From a virus (Duplodnaviria > Heunggongvirae > Uroviricota > Caudoviricetes > Demerecviridae): a stretch of 49,291 bases of DNA. Each line of letters begins with the position of its first letter. Position 1 is the stretch's first letter. Position numbers and translations under genes: made by a program. Shown piece after piece: positions 31,324 to 41,094 of the stretch. The DNA lies in the IMG/VR virus record IMGVR_UViG_2757320985_000001. One strand, written 5' to 3'. The notes beneath the pieces are model-generated. The model was not told where the DNA came from, made no database searches, and saw only the letters and a list, made by a program, of their open reading frames with translations.

Positions 31324-31956
31324 TTATTCTTTAACGTAGCCTAAAGCTATCGCAAGTTTTTCTAGTTCAGAAAGATTACGTTCTTGAGCTGGGACAGCCT
31401 TAGAACTTGTTGCAGTAAAAGATTTGCGCCATTCAGTGTAATCGTGGCCATTCATACTCTTAGCGAGGTTGAACGTTGAGTCCTGATTACAAGGTACAGA
31501 AACTACCGAAACTTCGTATAGTTCTAAATCTTTAATAATAAATATGTCAGTAGCTTCATCCCATTCTGCGTCTAGGCAGCGGAATCCGATACTGAAGGTT
31601 TTCAGTACACCGTTTTTAATTAGTGAGAAGATAGCTGGATCAGAACTTTCATAAATCTCGCATTCAATTTCGAGACCCATTTCAGTAGGGTTAAGATCAA
31701 TACACTTGCCGATTGGACGACGATGGTCGTGGCCGAAAAGAATAATCGGGTTTTTCATGTAGTTAGCAAGTGCATTAGACGTTTTCCATGCCGAAGCAGG
31801 AATTACGTCACCAGCGCGATCTTTACTAATTGTATTAGCGAATCCACGGATTTTTACAACACCCTCTTTGGATTCGCTATCAATAGACTTAATGTAAGCG
31901 TCTAAATGAACCGGAGCTGATTTTAACTTGTTATAGTCAATAGCAGCATTTGTCAT
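31324..31956 (-). CDS. Prohead maturation protease pb11
   Basis: HK97-type protease motifs LFGHDH…PIG, FSIGF and LYEVSVVSVPCN. Confidence 0.93.
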   Translation of the reverse strand: MTNAAIDYNKLKSAPVHLDAYIKSIDSESKEGVVKIRGFANTISKDRAGDVIPASAWKTSNALANYMKNPIILFGHDHRRPIGKCIDLNPTEMGLEIECEIYESSDPAIFSLIKNGVLKTFSIGFRCLDAEWDEATDIFIIKDLELYEVSVVSVPCNQDSTFNLAKSMNGHDYTEWRKSFTATSSKAVPAQERNLSELEKLAIALGYVKE

Positions 31957-31959
31957 TTA

Positions 31960-32442
31960 TTAAGCCTCCGGCGCAGGGTTGATAGTTGTTACACACTCAT
32001 TAGAAGTAATGGAAGTAGATTTACTATCCGTTACAACAACTTTGTAAGTACCAGCATCTTCTGCAGCAGCTGTAGCTTTGTTGAAATTAGGGCCAGTAAC
32101 ACCACTAAGTGGAGAACCGTCTTTAGTCCAAGCATAAGTATATGGTGCAGTACCACCAGTAACTGTTACGCCCAGATTAATTGCTGCACCAGTATCAACA
32201 GCTAGAGTTTTAGCCAGATTCTTCGTGAAAGCTAGAGCCGGAACAACCGGAGCAGTAACTTCGTATGCTTCTTTGAACTTATTCCAAACCTTGCGGTTGG
32301 TATGTGCAGTGGTCATTCCAAACTCTTTACGTAGAGTAGCGTAGTTTGGAACGAACTTGTGTGCTGCAACCGTAGCAAAGAAGATATGAGATTCTGGCAG
32401 CTTTTCACCAAAAATGGCCTTTAGACCATCATAATCAATCAT
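31960..32442 (-). CDS. N5: Capsid decoration protein pb10 with Ig-like domain
   Basis: 160 aa; C-terminal Ig-like segment (YTYAWTKDG…DAGTYKVVVT). Confidence 0.87.
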   Translation of the reverse strand: MIDYDGLKAIFGEKLPESHIFFATVAAHKFVPNYATLRKEFGMTTAHTNRKVWNKFKEAYEVTAPVVPALAFTKNLAKTLAVDTGAAINLGVTVTGGTAPYTYAWTKDGSPLSGVTGPNFNKATAAAEDAGTYKVVVTDSKSTSITSNECVTTINPAPEA

Positions 32443-33656
32443 TCTTTATCCCCATCGGCAGTGCCTTGCGGTCTACCACCTTCTTGACCAGATACACCTG
32501 TTGCAGAACCAGCAACGTTAGCAGGAATACGAATCTTATTCATCTGCTCATCATCTAAAGGTTCAAGGTTAAGCTCTTCACGAGCCTCGTTACCAGTCAT
32601 GATACCGTTATTAACCAAAGAGGTTAAATGTTTAGCCTCAGCTTCTTTATCTGGCGTCAGTGCAGCTACTTCCTTAGTATTAGGAGTAACCTTGTAGCCA
32701 AAGAAGAAAGTAAGAGAACTAGTCAGCTTGTTCAGCATAGGAATGATAGTCATGTAATAAAACAATTCGATGTTTGGTCGAATATTAGCATTATTACCAC
32801 CATCAAGTAACACTTGCGGAACACCAAAGGCAAGACAGATGGATTTATTAAATCCTTCGATATCTTCCTTGAAGTCTAGATCTTTAAAAGAGGATATTTG
32901 GGAGTACGGTTTTGCTTTCATACCACCATCTAGAATCAGGACAGTAGACTGACCAGTACTAGGATTATAATCGAGTTGTAATTCTTCTTGTTTACGCTCA
33001 CGCAATTTCTTGTTCAGGATTTCATCCGTCTCAAGAATAAGACCAATCACTGTGCCGTTATCGAGGAACTTCTCTTTAAAGTTAAGCATTTTAGAACGCT
33101 TCTCAAGAGAGTCAATAACTGTAGCAACACGAGATTGTCCAGAAATTTGGGAGTTTGTGCCACACACGTAACTGTTATCCTTTATAAAGATAATCTCATC
33201 TACGCGATAGTCTATCTGGTTATTAAATATGAATTTTTTGATAAACTTATTGGCATCTGCCTCTACTTGCATTAGTGCAGCAGGGACATGATAAAGTGCT
33301 GTGCCATCCCAATAGATGTATGCACAACCCTCAAAAAGTAGGTCAGTGACTACAAGTCTACGGAATGTGCTTATATCCATGAATGGATTAGGTCGTACAT
33401 TTAAGAGAGTGTCTAGAGTCTTTGCCTTGACGCCGTTAGCGTACGTGACAATATTATATTTATCTCCGACAGTATAAGAACACTCCGCCGCACTATCGAT
33501 AACCATGTTAGCAGTTCGGTTGAGAATCTCAATCTTACTGTAGGCTTGTCCAGTGGTAAATGGCTTACGGTTAGTGCGATGACTAACTGGTTCCATGTCT
33601 CTTATAATACGTTGACCCGGATTTAGCTTTTCAGTAATCCAGCTTTTTAAACCCAT
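32439..33656 (-). CDS. Portal protein pb7
   Basis: 405 aa, HK97-family portal features (AFGVPQVLL, GIMTGNEARE). Confidence 0.93.
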   Translation of the reverse strand: MGLKSWITEKLNPGQRIIRDMEPVSHRTNRKPFTTGQAYSKIEILNRTANMVIDSAAECSYTVGDKYNIVTYANGVKAKTLDTLLNVRPNPFMDISTFRRLVVTDLLFEGCAYIYWDGTALYHVPAALMQVEADANKFIKKFIFNNQIDYRVDEIIFIKDNSYVCGTNSQISGQSRVATVIDSLEKRSKMLNFKEKFLDNGTVIGLILETDEILNKKLRERKQEELQLDYNPSTGQSTVLILDGGMKAKPYSQISSFKDLDFKEDIEGFNKSICLAFGVPQVLLDGGNNANIRPNIELFYYMTIIPMLNKLTSSLTFFFGYKVTPNTKEVAALTPDKEAEAKHLTSLVNNGIMTGNEAREELNLEPLDDEQMNKIRIPANVAGSATGVSGQEGGRPQGTADGDKE

Positions 33657-34093
33657 TATAAGAACCTTGCGAATCCTGATTTAATTTCAGTCTTGACTTG
33701 TGTCTTTTCTTGAGGATTCTGTAGCTTTTCCTTTTGTTTAAGAACCCATACCTTCTGCTTATTAGCAGAGAAAAGGGGAGGTTCTTTAGTGTACACCTTA
33801 TGTAATAGTTGGTGATGGTGGACACAAAGGGTAACAGTGTCATCTACTAGCTCATGCCTATATCTTTCATAGAATGCCGTCCTATTTGAGAGGACTGTTT
33901 CTTCGTCAGTGAAATCCAATTGGAGTTCTTTAGCAAATTTTTTAACTAGTAGAGACACTGTATGGTAATGATGAAGCTCTAATTCTTCACCACAACCACA
34001 GATTTCGCAGCGATCGGCTTTTTTATATTGACTTTTTATACCGTCTCGCATGAGTGATATAGCATCACGTTTATATTTTACATTTCCTGCCAC
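33656..34093 (-). CDS. HNH nicking endonuclease (T5 p151-like; 145 aa, GTG start)
   Basis: CEICGC…LELHH…CVHHHQLLH zinc-finger/HNH motif; GAGGAG upstream of GTG at 34093. Confidence 0.85.
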   Translation of the reverse strand: MAGNVKYKRDAISLMRDGIKSQYKKADRCEICGCGEELELHHYHTVSLLVKKFAKELQLDFTDEETVLSNRTAFYERYRHELVDDTVTLCVHHHQLLHKVYTKEPPLFSANKQKVWVLKQKEKLQNPQEKTQVKTEIKSGFARFL

Positions 34094-34119
34094 AGTATTC
34101 TCCTCAACTGTATGAATAT

Positions 34120-34160
34120 AGTATACATAATCATGTCGAATTTGTAAAGGGGATTTTAAA
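34120..34160 (-). promoter_or_regulatory. Late promoter for the head operon
   Basis: Minus strand TTTACA(34148)-17-TATACT(34125). Confidence 0.82.
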
Positions 34161-34165
34161 ATGCA

Positions 34166-34199
34166 GGAATGGGATACCAACTGAGTAGTATCCCATCCT
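34166..34199 (-). terminator. Hairpin after terL (possible terminator)
   Basis: ATGGGATAC…GTATCCCAT inverted repeat directly after the terL stop; weak T-tract. Confidence 0.5.
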
Positions 34200-34207
34200 A
34201 TACTTAT

Positions 34208-35524
34208 TTATTTCCCACGGGAAATTGAGTAAATTCCATAACGCAGTGCGTCACAAAGGTGAGAGTTTGCATCATGACGTGGTTTTTCACGTGATAATTT
34301 CTCTTCGCCTTCCTGGAAGTCCCACTTGTAGTTCGCTAGGGCGTGGATCAGTGAGGTACATGAAGCATCTACGATGATCTTACCTTGCTGGAACAGTGCT
34401 TGCAGGCATGCCAAACCATCTAGGACAGATTTCTTAGCAGGAGCAGAAGCGATTTCATGTTCATATGCTAAGTCCTGACGGAACTGAGCAGCAGCGGAGT
34501 CTACAAATATACGATCAACACTATAACGATCTATGCAGTGTTGGATATAAGCAGCGTGTTGAGCTGTAGTCTTTTCAGCCTGCTGATACTCTTCTAGTAC
34601 GTAATAAACATCAGTATCATAGTGATACTTGATAGTAAGAACTGCTGTAGGGTCACGATAACCAACGTCGATACCAAGTAATGTTTCGAAAGCCTCATCA
34701 TCTTTAAAGAAGTGACGCATACCTTTGAGGTCTTTAACATGTTCGATAGCATTGAAGGTGTCAAAGATCTGACCTTCGAATACAGAGAAGTCAGCCTCAT
34801 ATTCTTGACGGAAGTAGTTTTTACTAACAGTACGACGCGCTTCTTCGATATCGTTCAGATCAGCACGTGGGTTATCACGATATGTACCATGAATAGATAC
34901 CCAGTTAGGTAGCGTTTCGTTAAATCCTTTCTCATAGAACTCTTTAAACCAGTTACCACCACGAGGTGTGGAAATAAACAGAGCTTTAGAGTTTGGCTTA
35001 TCTAGAGTAGGACGTAACTGAATATCGAAAGCTGCACCACCAACGTCGGAAATCGCTGCTTCGTCAAAAATGATGAAGTCATATGAACGACCAACCGCGG
35101 AGTCAGCCTGCGCCGCAGAAGCCAGCTTAAAGAGAGAACCATTCGCTAGTTCAATCTCTTTATCTTTTGCGTTCTCACGTTCAGTCTGTAATCCATACTT
35201 CTTAATAAGACCACGAATCTGTGACCAACCTATGTTAGCCAGTGAGTAGTTAGGTGCAACTACCAGCACCTTCACATTGGGTTCCAGAAGTTTTAGGAAC
35301 CCAAGTGTATATGCGATGAATGACTTACCTACACGACGTGATACACATGCAGTCACGAAGCGGTGTCTTGGGTCTTCCAGCGCATTAATGATTGCAATCT
35401 GAGGGGCATTAGGTGTAATCCCCTCTTGAGCTAGAATGCTAGAGACTGGCAGACGGAAGAATCGTTTGTCAATACCAAAGTCAATAACATCTGTGGTGTT
35501 AATATAGTTTCTAGAGACTTTCAT
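34208..35524 (-). CDS. terL: Terminase large subunit
   Basis: 438 aa; SRRVGKS Walker A, IIFDE Walker B, ISTP coupling motif, GIDVG nuclease motif, C-terminal HLCDALRY. Confidence 0.96.
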   Translation of the reverse strand: MKVSRNYINTTDVIDFGIDKRFFRLPVSSILAQEGITPNAPQIAIINALEDPRHRFVTACVSRRVGKSFIAYTLGFLKLLEPNVKVLVVAPNYSLANIGWSQIRGLIKKYGLQTERENAKDKEIELANGSLFKLASAAQADSAVGRSYDFIIFDEAAISDVGGAAFDIQLRPTLDKPNSKALFISTPRGGNWFKEFYEKGFNETLPNWVSIHGTYRDNPRADLNDIEEARRTVSKNYFRQEYEADFSVFEGQIFDTFNAIEHVKDLKGMRHFFKDDEAFETLLGIDVGYRDPTAVLTIKYHYDTDVYYVLEEYQQAEKTTAQHAAYIQHCIDRYSVDRIFVDSAAAQFRQDLAYEHEIASAPAKKSVLDGLACLQALFQQGKIIVDASCTSLIHALANYKWDFQEGEEKLSREKPRHDANSHLCDALRYGIYSISRGK

Positions 35525-36006
35525 TATCTCTTACCTCCTCCTGCTAGAGCGGTAATAAGATTCATATAGTTTTCGTCACCACTTCCAGCAATAATATTAT
35601 TCTGAATATTAGTCTGGTTAGCCGGAGTACGGGCTGCTGCCTTCACTTTCTCCAGTTCTACCATCATTTTCATTTCTTCCATCTTCATCTTGTGCGCCTT
35701 CCAGAGAATATCCATGATATCCTGGTCAGAACCCATGCCAGTTTCTTCAAGTTCTTCCAGCTTACGCTTGATAACTTCGTCAAGAACTCCGAATAAACGG
35801 TCACGATTACGGAAGCCACTTTCCATAAATATATCGTTGAGATAGTTTTTAACTTCTCCACGGTTCATTATATCACGAAATGCAATCTCGGACATCCCAA
35901 GACTACGAGCAGCGGCAGGAATATCACTACCACACTGTAAGTAGGCTTCAATAACATCCATGCCTTCGGGAGACATGAGATCGGGAACTAATACATCATT
36001 TGCCAT
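35524..36006 (-). CDS. terS: Terminase small subunit
   Basis: 160 aa, N-terminal HTH-like segment then helical oligomerisation region; coupled to terL. Confidence 0.85.
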   Translation of the reverse strand: MANDVLVPDLMSPEGMDVIEAYLQCGSDIPAAARSLGMSEIAFRDIMNRGEVKNYLNDIFMESGFRNRDRLFGVLDEVIKRKLEELEETGMGSDQDIMDILWKAHKMKMEEMKMMVELEKVKAAARTPANQTNIQNNIIAGSGDENYMNLITALAGGGKR

Positions 36007-36016
36007 ATATCCTCCT

Positions 36017-37798
36017 TTAGGTTAGGCGTTGAACTGTTACACGTAGTCTTGGTAAGAAGATAGCAGCTGCTTCGGCAGCATGGATAATAACTCCTAATTC
36101 AACGTTACCATTACCAAGGTTTTTTACTGTATAAATATACCCATTTCTACGAAAAGCCATCTCATCAGGTCTACTAGCCCAAGTTTGTGTGTAACTATAG
36201 GAAGTTGTACTGTGATATGGTACTAGATAGCCAGGTGGTAGGGTAAGGATTTGGTGAAATATACCATCCCCCGCAGTGTAACTCTGTTGGCGTCTACCTT
36301 GTACACGCCAGGCCTGCCCACTGTATGTACTAACACGTTGTCCCGCAGTGTTAATGTTGCCCATAATAACTTCGGTAGTTAATATGATAGTAGAGTTGGT
36401 GTTAGGCAGTCCTAACCAGACTGTTGCTAAAGGCTGGTAGTAATCACCTGCTGCAGGATAAGATGGATTGAGGTCATCCCCAACATAAGTACTGACAACA
36501 TTGCTAGGGAATAACCTTAAAGGTACTGTACTAGGACTCCATACAGGTCCATGTTCATTACCAATGGAGTTAGTATTAGTATCTACATACCATTGTTTAC
36601 CTACACCAAATTTATAAAGGCTAATTTGGGAAGCTGCACCTCCATAGTTAATGGGTGACCACAATCCACCATTACTGGAGCCTATAAATTCACATCGTGC
36701 AGTATTATCACCAAAAACTCCAGTATATGCAGCATTATTACCAACATACTCCATATCAGGGCGATAGCCTAAGTTTCCAAAGGCATTCTGGTTAATGAAT
36801 TTATATCCTGTATTTGGTAAACTAACCCCTTTAATAGTAAAATTAGAGGGAGAAATAAGGATATCAGAACCAGTAAATGGATTACCAGAAACTCCCATAT
36901 TACCATTAGAATAGCGCAGATTTAGCACATACCAAATAACCTTAGTAGGAGTAACGTTATACCAGTCCTGTACATATACCTTTCTAGTGGCTTGCGCAGC
37001 TATATTAGTCGTAGAACCCCTACAAACATATACTTTAGTAGGAAAGGAAGGGGATTGGTAGTTAATGTTTACATTAGAAGGTATCTCCCCTTTTTTACCT
37101 ACAAATCCACGTATATTAGAGTTACATACATAAAAATGATCATGCCCTCTGCCAGCAGATCCAATAGGCGCCTGCCAGTTAGGATCCCAATAATCTGTAT
37201 TTGCTGCATCTAGTGGAGGTACTGAAACTCCTGAAGGAAACCCAATAAGAGCCCAGGCTCTGGCAATGGCTTCACCAGCAGAAACACCACCAGGTCTATA
37301 GATCTGGAAACCGGAAGACTGTAGTAAAGTACCTCCAGTTCCTTGCCGAGCAATAGATTCCTCATGACCAAGACTACCATTATACGTATAAGTACCATGA
37401 GCTAGACTATCACCGATTGCAAAAGCAGAAGTTAGAGCTAACTCAGCGCCAGCACGTGGTTGATCTTCAAAAAAGTTTAGCATCTGGCCAACCTGAGATT
37501 GTGTACCATTAAGGAAACCCCTATGAGTACCATTTATCTCAATAGCAGTTAATATAACTCTACCAGGATCATTGGATTTAATGTTTATAATATCCCAAGG
37601 CATCTGAGTAACAAAATACCCATTACCTGCATCACCTAGAGCAGCCTCGTAAGTCCCATCAACTAGGACAAATGGCATATCTGAGTGGAAGATACTATTA
37701 GTATTTGGAGAGTAGTGCTGATTTATATCACCACCATTAGCAGCGTTTAGAGATAATACAGTTTTACCATCACTAAATTTTCCTGCGAAAAAACTCAT
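36017..37798 (-). CDS. oad: Receptor-binding protein pb5 (593 aa)
   Basis: N-terminus MSFFAGK…IFHSDMP of the pb5 family; located between terS and llp. Confidence 0.9.
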   Translation of the reverse strand: MSFFAGKFSDGKTVLSLNAANGGDINQHYSPNTNSIFHSDMPFVLVDGTYEAALGDAGNGYFVTQMPWDIINIKSNDPGRVILTAIEINGTHRGFLNGTQSQVGQMLNFFEDQPRAGAELALTSAFAIGDSLAHGTYTYNGSLGHEESIARQGTGGTLLQSSGFQIYRPGGVSAGEAIARAWALIGFPSGVSVPPLDAANTDYWDPNWQAPIGSAGRGHDHFYVCNSNIRGFVGKKGEIPSNVNINYQSPSFPTKVYVCRGSTTNIAAQATRKVYVQDWYNVTPTKVIWYVLNLRYSNGNMGVSGNPFTGSDILISPSNFTIKGVSLPNTGYKFINQNAFGNLGYRPDMEYVGNNAAYTGVFGDNTARCEFIGSSNGGLWSPINYGGAASQISLYKFGVGKQWYVDTNTNSIGNEHGPVWSPSTVPLRLFPSNVVSTYVGDDLNPSYPAAGDYYQPLATVWLGLPNTNSTIILTTEVIMGNINTAGQRVSTYSGQAWRVQGRRQQSYTAGDGIFHQILTLPPGYLVPYHSTTSYSYTQTWASRPDEMAFRRNGYIYTVKNLGNGNVELGVIIHAAEAAAIFLPRLRVTVQRLT

Positions 37799-37809
37799 AC
37801 AATCTCCTT

Positions 37810-37870
37810 CTTTAAAAATGTATTTGCTTAGATCCCTCTATTTTGCTATAATATATTTATAAATTAAACA
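37810..37870 (+). promoter_or_regulatory. Early promoter of llp (N25-like)
   Basis: AAAAATGTAT-TTGCTT(37824)-17-TATAAT(37847)-ATATTTATAAATT. Confidence 0.88.
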
Positions 37871-37881
37871 GAGGAACGATT

Positions 37882-38148
37882 ATGAAAAAGTTACTAGCCA
37901 TCGTAGTTGCAGCAGTAGTGTTGACGGGTTGTGTACCAGCTCCCGAGCCATTCTGTAAGGCATACGTGAAGTCTTATGGTCATGTTGGTGAAGAACACTA
38001 TGCTTTAGATATTCGAGAAGCACGTACTGTGGGCTACCGATTCCCTAAAACTCAGTTACGCACTAAGTTTGGGTGGTGGGATTTGTCACAGTTTGATCTC
38101 AAATATGGCGATTGCAAATTTAAACTAGAACAATCTGGTCACTTGTAA
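37882..38148 (+). CDS. llp: Receptor-blocking (lytic conversion) lipoprotein Llp, 88 aa
   Basis: Signal peptide MKKLLAIVVAAVVLTG|C with lipobox; divergent from pb5 as in T5. Confidence 0.9.
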   Translation: MKKLLAIVVAAVVLTGCVPAPEPFCKAYVKSYGHVGEEHYALDIREARTVGYRFPKTQLRTKFGWWDLSQFDLKYGDCKFKLEQSGHL

Positions 38149-38150
38149 TT

Positions 38151-38195
38151 AGTATAAAGTAAAAAGATCTCGAAGTAAACAAAAATTTTTATTTC
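38151..38195 (-). promoter_or_regulatory. Leftward late promoter for pb5-terS-terL, firing through llp
   Basis: Minus strand AAATAAAAATTTTTG-TTTACT(38179)-17-TATACT(38156). Confidence 0.78.
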
Positions 38196-38222
38196 TGGGA
38201 TGAGGTACAGGTAGCAAACACA

Positions 38223-38537
38223 ATGCAAGATGAAGAAAAGTCCTTTCAGGAACCTGTTAACTTTGAAATAGATCCCAGGACTAAAGCAATACATGATGCG
38301 ATTAACGAAATCATTCAAGACGTCATAGAAGATACAATGGAAGATGTGATGGGAACATCCTTCTTGCTAGAAGAATCCGGCTTCGACGAAGTAATGGATC
38401 TAATCGGGACAGTCGTAATGGTTCGTGCAATTGCTAGGATATTCCAAATACCGGGCTTACAGGAGAAGCAAAGAGATGTCAGACGACAACAGAAGAAAGA
38501 ACAGACGCGGGGAAGTGTACGAAAGTTGGATAAATAG
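38223..38537 (+). CDS. Hypothetical acidic protein (104 aa)
   Basis: ORF only; weak RBS; overlaps the next ORF by 62 nt. Confidence 0.5.
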   Translation: MQDEEKSFQEPVNFEIDPRTKAIHDAINEIIQDVIEDTMEDVMGTSFLLEESGFDEVMDLIGTVVMVRAIARIFQIPGLQEKQRDVRRQQKKEQTRGSVRKLDK

Positions 38538-38610
38538 TTTCGGATTCGGAACTGTATTATTCTTTATCTTTGTACTCTTTTGGTTAGCGGCTATGGCGGG
38601 GTGGTTATAA
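38476..38610 (+). CDS. Small membrane protein (44 aa; start corrected to ATG 38476)
   Basis: AGGAG upstream; C-terminal hydrophobic helix FGFGTVLFFIFVLFWLAAMAGWL. Confidence 0.7.
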   Translation: MSDDNRRKNRRGEVYESWINSFGFGTVLFFIFVLFWLAAMAGWL

Positions 38611-38714
38611 TGGAAGTAGTAATTATTGCTTTACTAGTTGTGGTAATTATCGGGCAGTGCATTTTAGATAACCACTTAGCTCGTATCGAACGTAAGCTGC
38701 GGGGAGACAAATAA
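38610..38714 (+). CDS. Small membrane protein (34 aa, not in ORF track)
   Basis: MEVVIIALLVVVIIGQCILDNHLARIERKLRGDK; TAATG overlaps with both neighbours. Confidence 0.7.
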   Translation: MEVVIIALLVVVIIGQCILDNHLARIERKLRGDK

Positions 38715-38908
38715 TGGATTGGTTAGGACTTATTACACTTGTAGTATGGCTTGTTTGGATTGTTGGATATATGACGTCGCACCGTAATCGCATACAGCGG
38801 CTAGAGGATAAAGTCACCCAACTGAATATTAATATGGATAAGTTACTGGACTCCCAACGTAATGATCGGGCACGTATTCACCAACTTGAGAGGGAATTAG
38901 ATGTTTAG
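38714..38908 (+). CDS. Small membrane protein (64 aa)
   Basis: N-terminal transmembrane helix plus heptad-like tail; coupled start. Confidence 0.75.
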   Translation: MDWLGLITLVVWLVWIVGYMTSHRNRIQRLEDKVTQLNINMDKLLDSQRNDRARIHQLERELDV

Positions 38909-39146
38909 CTTTGTAGCTATCTTCATTATCGGGGTACTTGCGGGAATCTTCGGAACACTCGGGGCTATTAACAAACATCGTGAATATATTGCGGTGGTAT
39001 CGCGAGAGCTTTCGGAAAGAGAGCGGAAGTTTGCGGAGAAACGGGAGGAGTTTGAGCGAGAGTGGTCGGATGGATCTCGGGCGTCGCGGAGGAGATTTCG
39101 TATGTCAGAATCAGGAGACAAGCCGGTAGACAGGAGAAGCTCATGA
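38901..39146 (+). CDS. Small membrane protein (81 aa)
   Basis: N-terminal hydrophobic helix plus charged tail; GAGGGA RBS. Confidence 0.72.
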   Translation: MFSFVAIFIIGVLAGIFGTLGAINKHREYIAVVSRELSERERKFAEKREEFEREWSDGSRASRRRFRMSESGDKPVDRRSS

Positions 39147-39358
39147 AAGAATTCGGGCGGTTTTTCGGGGAGTTTGAGATAACCCAAGAAGAACTCGAAA
39201 AGATGGGCATCACCCAAGAGATGTTACAAGTTTTTCCTAAGTCTTCGGAAATTCCAGAAGGATTTATGAGATTTGATGAAGCTATTGAGTACATCAATAA
39301 TCTTGTTAAGACTGACCCTCTATGGCAGTCCATTCTCAAGCAGTCAGTCCGTAAATAG
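39143..39358 (+). CDS. Hypothetical protein (71 aa; start corrected to ATG 39143)
   Basis: AGGAG at 39132; ATGA overlap with the preceding stop. Confidence 0.7.
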   Translation: MKEFGRFFGEFEITQEELEKMGITQEMLQVFPKSSEIPEGFMRFDEAIEYINNLVKTDPLWQSILKQSVRK

Positions 39359-39464
39359 CGCTAATTTGACTTTTGCCAAATCTCATAAGATTACACATGA
39401 AGGTGTGCCCAGAGGTTCCCTAGATGAGAATGAGTCTCATTACCGCCCCCTTACTTAGCAAGCT

Positions 39465-39510
39465 AATAGTCACACCATGTTATCATTACACAGTGTGACT
39501 ATTTTATTTT
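39465..39510. terminator. Hairpin between convergent transcription units
   Basis: AATAGTCACAC-17-GTGTGACTATT followed by TTATTTTT; lies just beyond the dmp stop. Confidence 0.6.
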
Positions 39511-39516
39511 TAATTG

Positions 39517-40251
39517 TTAGGCAACTTTTAATTTATCAATGAATTGTTGCGGTGTGGTACTATATTCCGCGCGTTCTTCCTCGGTCATACCTTCCCAACA
39601 CATTTTTAAACGTTCGGCTAGGAATTGATAATCGTTATCATCATCAAGCGATTCATCAATAAAGGTTTCACCGATCAATGTTACGCCGATTGATAGGATA
39701 TCGTTAACGGCTTGAGCGTCCAGCGTTTTAAATCCAGCACTTGCCGCCGCTGATAATACACCTTTATGATCATCAATCATCGTAAAATCAGCGTTAGGAT
39801 ATAGCTGTTTAAACAGTTCAAAGTAATAAGACTTATATACAGCGTCTTTGCTGTGATATATTTCGCTAACCTTACCCGCTTCAAAGTATTTATGTAATGT
39901 ATCGCGGGAAAATACGCGAATATTACTATTTCCGCGCCCTCTTAGACTTTGTTTACGCAAGAAATAATAATCAGATTTACCCATTAAGCGAGCGGTACAA
40001 ATAAGGTTTAAGGTATTGGGATCATTCATACATTGGCGCATATATTCAACCAATGGCAATAAAGAATCCTGCATAATTAAATCATGCTTGCAGGCTTCGC
40101 GGGAATATTTATTTAAATCTAAATTCCCATTATCATCAAAACAAGGCCCGACACGGTGCATTGAGTTAATGATTGTACCGTCTAAATCCCAAATCATAAC
40201 GCGGGAAATATGCGGGAAAGTGCGGGTAATATTCATATTGACTTGATTCAT
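39517..40251 (-). CDS. dmp: Deoxynucleoside-5'-monophosphatase (HAD family)
   Basis: 244 aa; HAD motif I WDLDGT and IDD motif; first pre-early gene in T5. Confidence 0.92.
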   Translation of the reverse strand: MNQVNMNITRTFPHISRVMIWDLDGTIINSMHRVGPCFDDNGNLDLNKYSREACKHDLIMQDSLLPLVEYMRQCMNDPNTLNLICTARLMGKSDYYFLRKQSLRGRGNSNIRVFSRDTLHKYFEAGKVSEIYHSKDAVYKSYYFELFKQLYPNADFTMIDDHKGVLSAAASAGFKTLDAQAVNDILSIGVTLIGETFIDESLDDDNDYQFLAERLKMCWEGMTEEERAEYSTTPQQFIDKLKVA

Positions 40252-40338
40252 TTGTTACATTCTCCATTTAAGGGATTTAGGTTAATTCAATCTTGCCAGC
40301 TAATTATATTAGATTAGCTGGCAATGTTCAATTAACTA

Positions 40339-40731
40339 TTAGAACGCCAGACCAAAAGCGAGAGCATCGGCGATAAAGCTAAGATCTTCACCATGTACGC
40401 TAGAGCGAATCCCCGCGCAAGTGTAAACCATCGCGCTAGCTTCGGGATTGCAGACCGGACACGGCTTAACAACTGCAAACGCTAGACCGGATTTAAGCGC
40501 ATCAATAATAATTGTTTGCACTGTCAAAGTATCAGCGTAAACGCCTTTTGCTTTTGTATGGCTTGCCACTTTGCCGGTATCATAAGCAAAGGTAGTAACC
40601 TGCAAAGCGTCGTTATAATTCAGCAAATCGAAATTAACTTGCCCCGCCTCGACGTGATAACGTTCGCCATTAGAATAAACTAGAACGATGGAAGAAGTAG
40701 CACGATCAAAAGGAATGTTTTGGTTTTTCAT
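40339..40731 (-). CDS. Pre-early hypothetical protein (130 aa)
   Basis: GGAG RBS; T5 synteny. Confidence 0.8.
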   Translation of the reverse strand: MKNQNIPFDRATSSIVLVYSNGERYHVEAGQVNFDLLNYNDALQVTTFAYDTGKVASHTKAKGVYADTLTVQTIIIDALKSGLAFAVVKPCPVCNPEASAMVYTCAGIRSSVHGEDLSFIADALAFGLAF

Positions 40732-40763
40732 GTTTATGACTCCAGATTATTTAATTACGGGAT

Positions 40764-41042
40764 TTATTGAAAAAATACATTTAAAGATAAATCAGTTTTA
40801 CGAAAATATGTTTCGTCGCCGTCTTTCCTTTCTTGATTAAGGTAATCGCCTGTCATTACCTGAATAGAATCTTTTCCGAAAAAGATCATATTTTCGCCAA
40901 TATTACTATCCCATACGGCGTACATTCCCGCGTACATTCCACGGGTAACTAAATAAACGCAACTATCAAAAGACATTTCAGACCATGCAATATCTTCTAA
41001 ACAATTGCTATCAGGGATAGATATATTAATTTTACTAGCCAT
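40764..41042 (-). CDS. Pre-early hypothetical protein (92 aa)
   Basis: ORF between A1 and the 130-aa gene; AAGG RBS. Confidence 0.7.
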   Translation of the reverse strand: MASKINISIPDSNCLEDIAWSEMSFDSCVYLVTRGMYAGMYAVWDSNIGENMIFFGKDSIQVMTGDYLNQERKDGDETYFRKTDLSLNVFFQ

Positions 41043-41094
41043 TTAATAAACCTTTTATTAATGGCGGTATATTTCAACCGCCGATTAAATTTAA

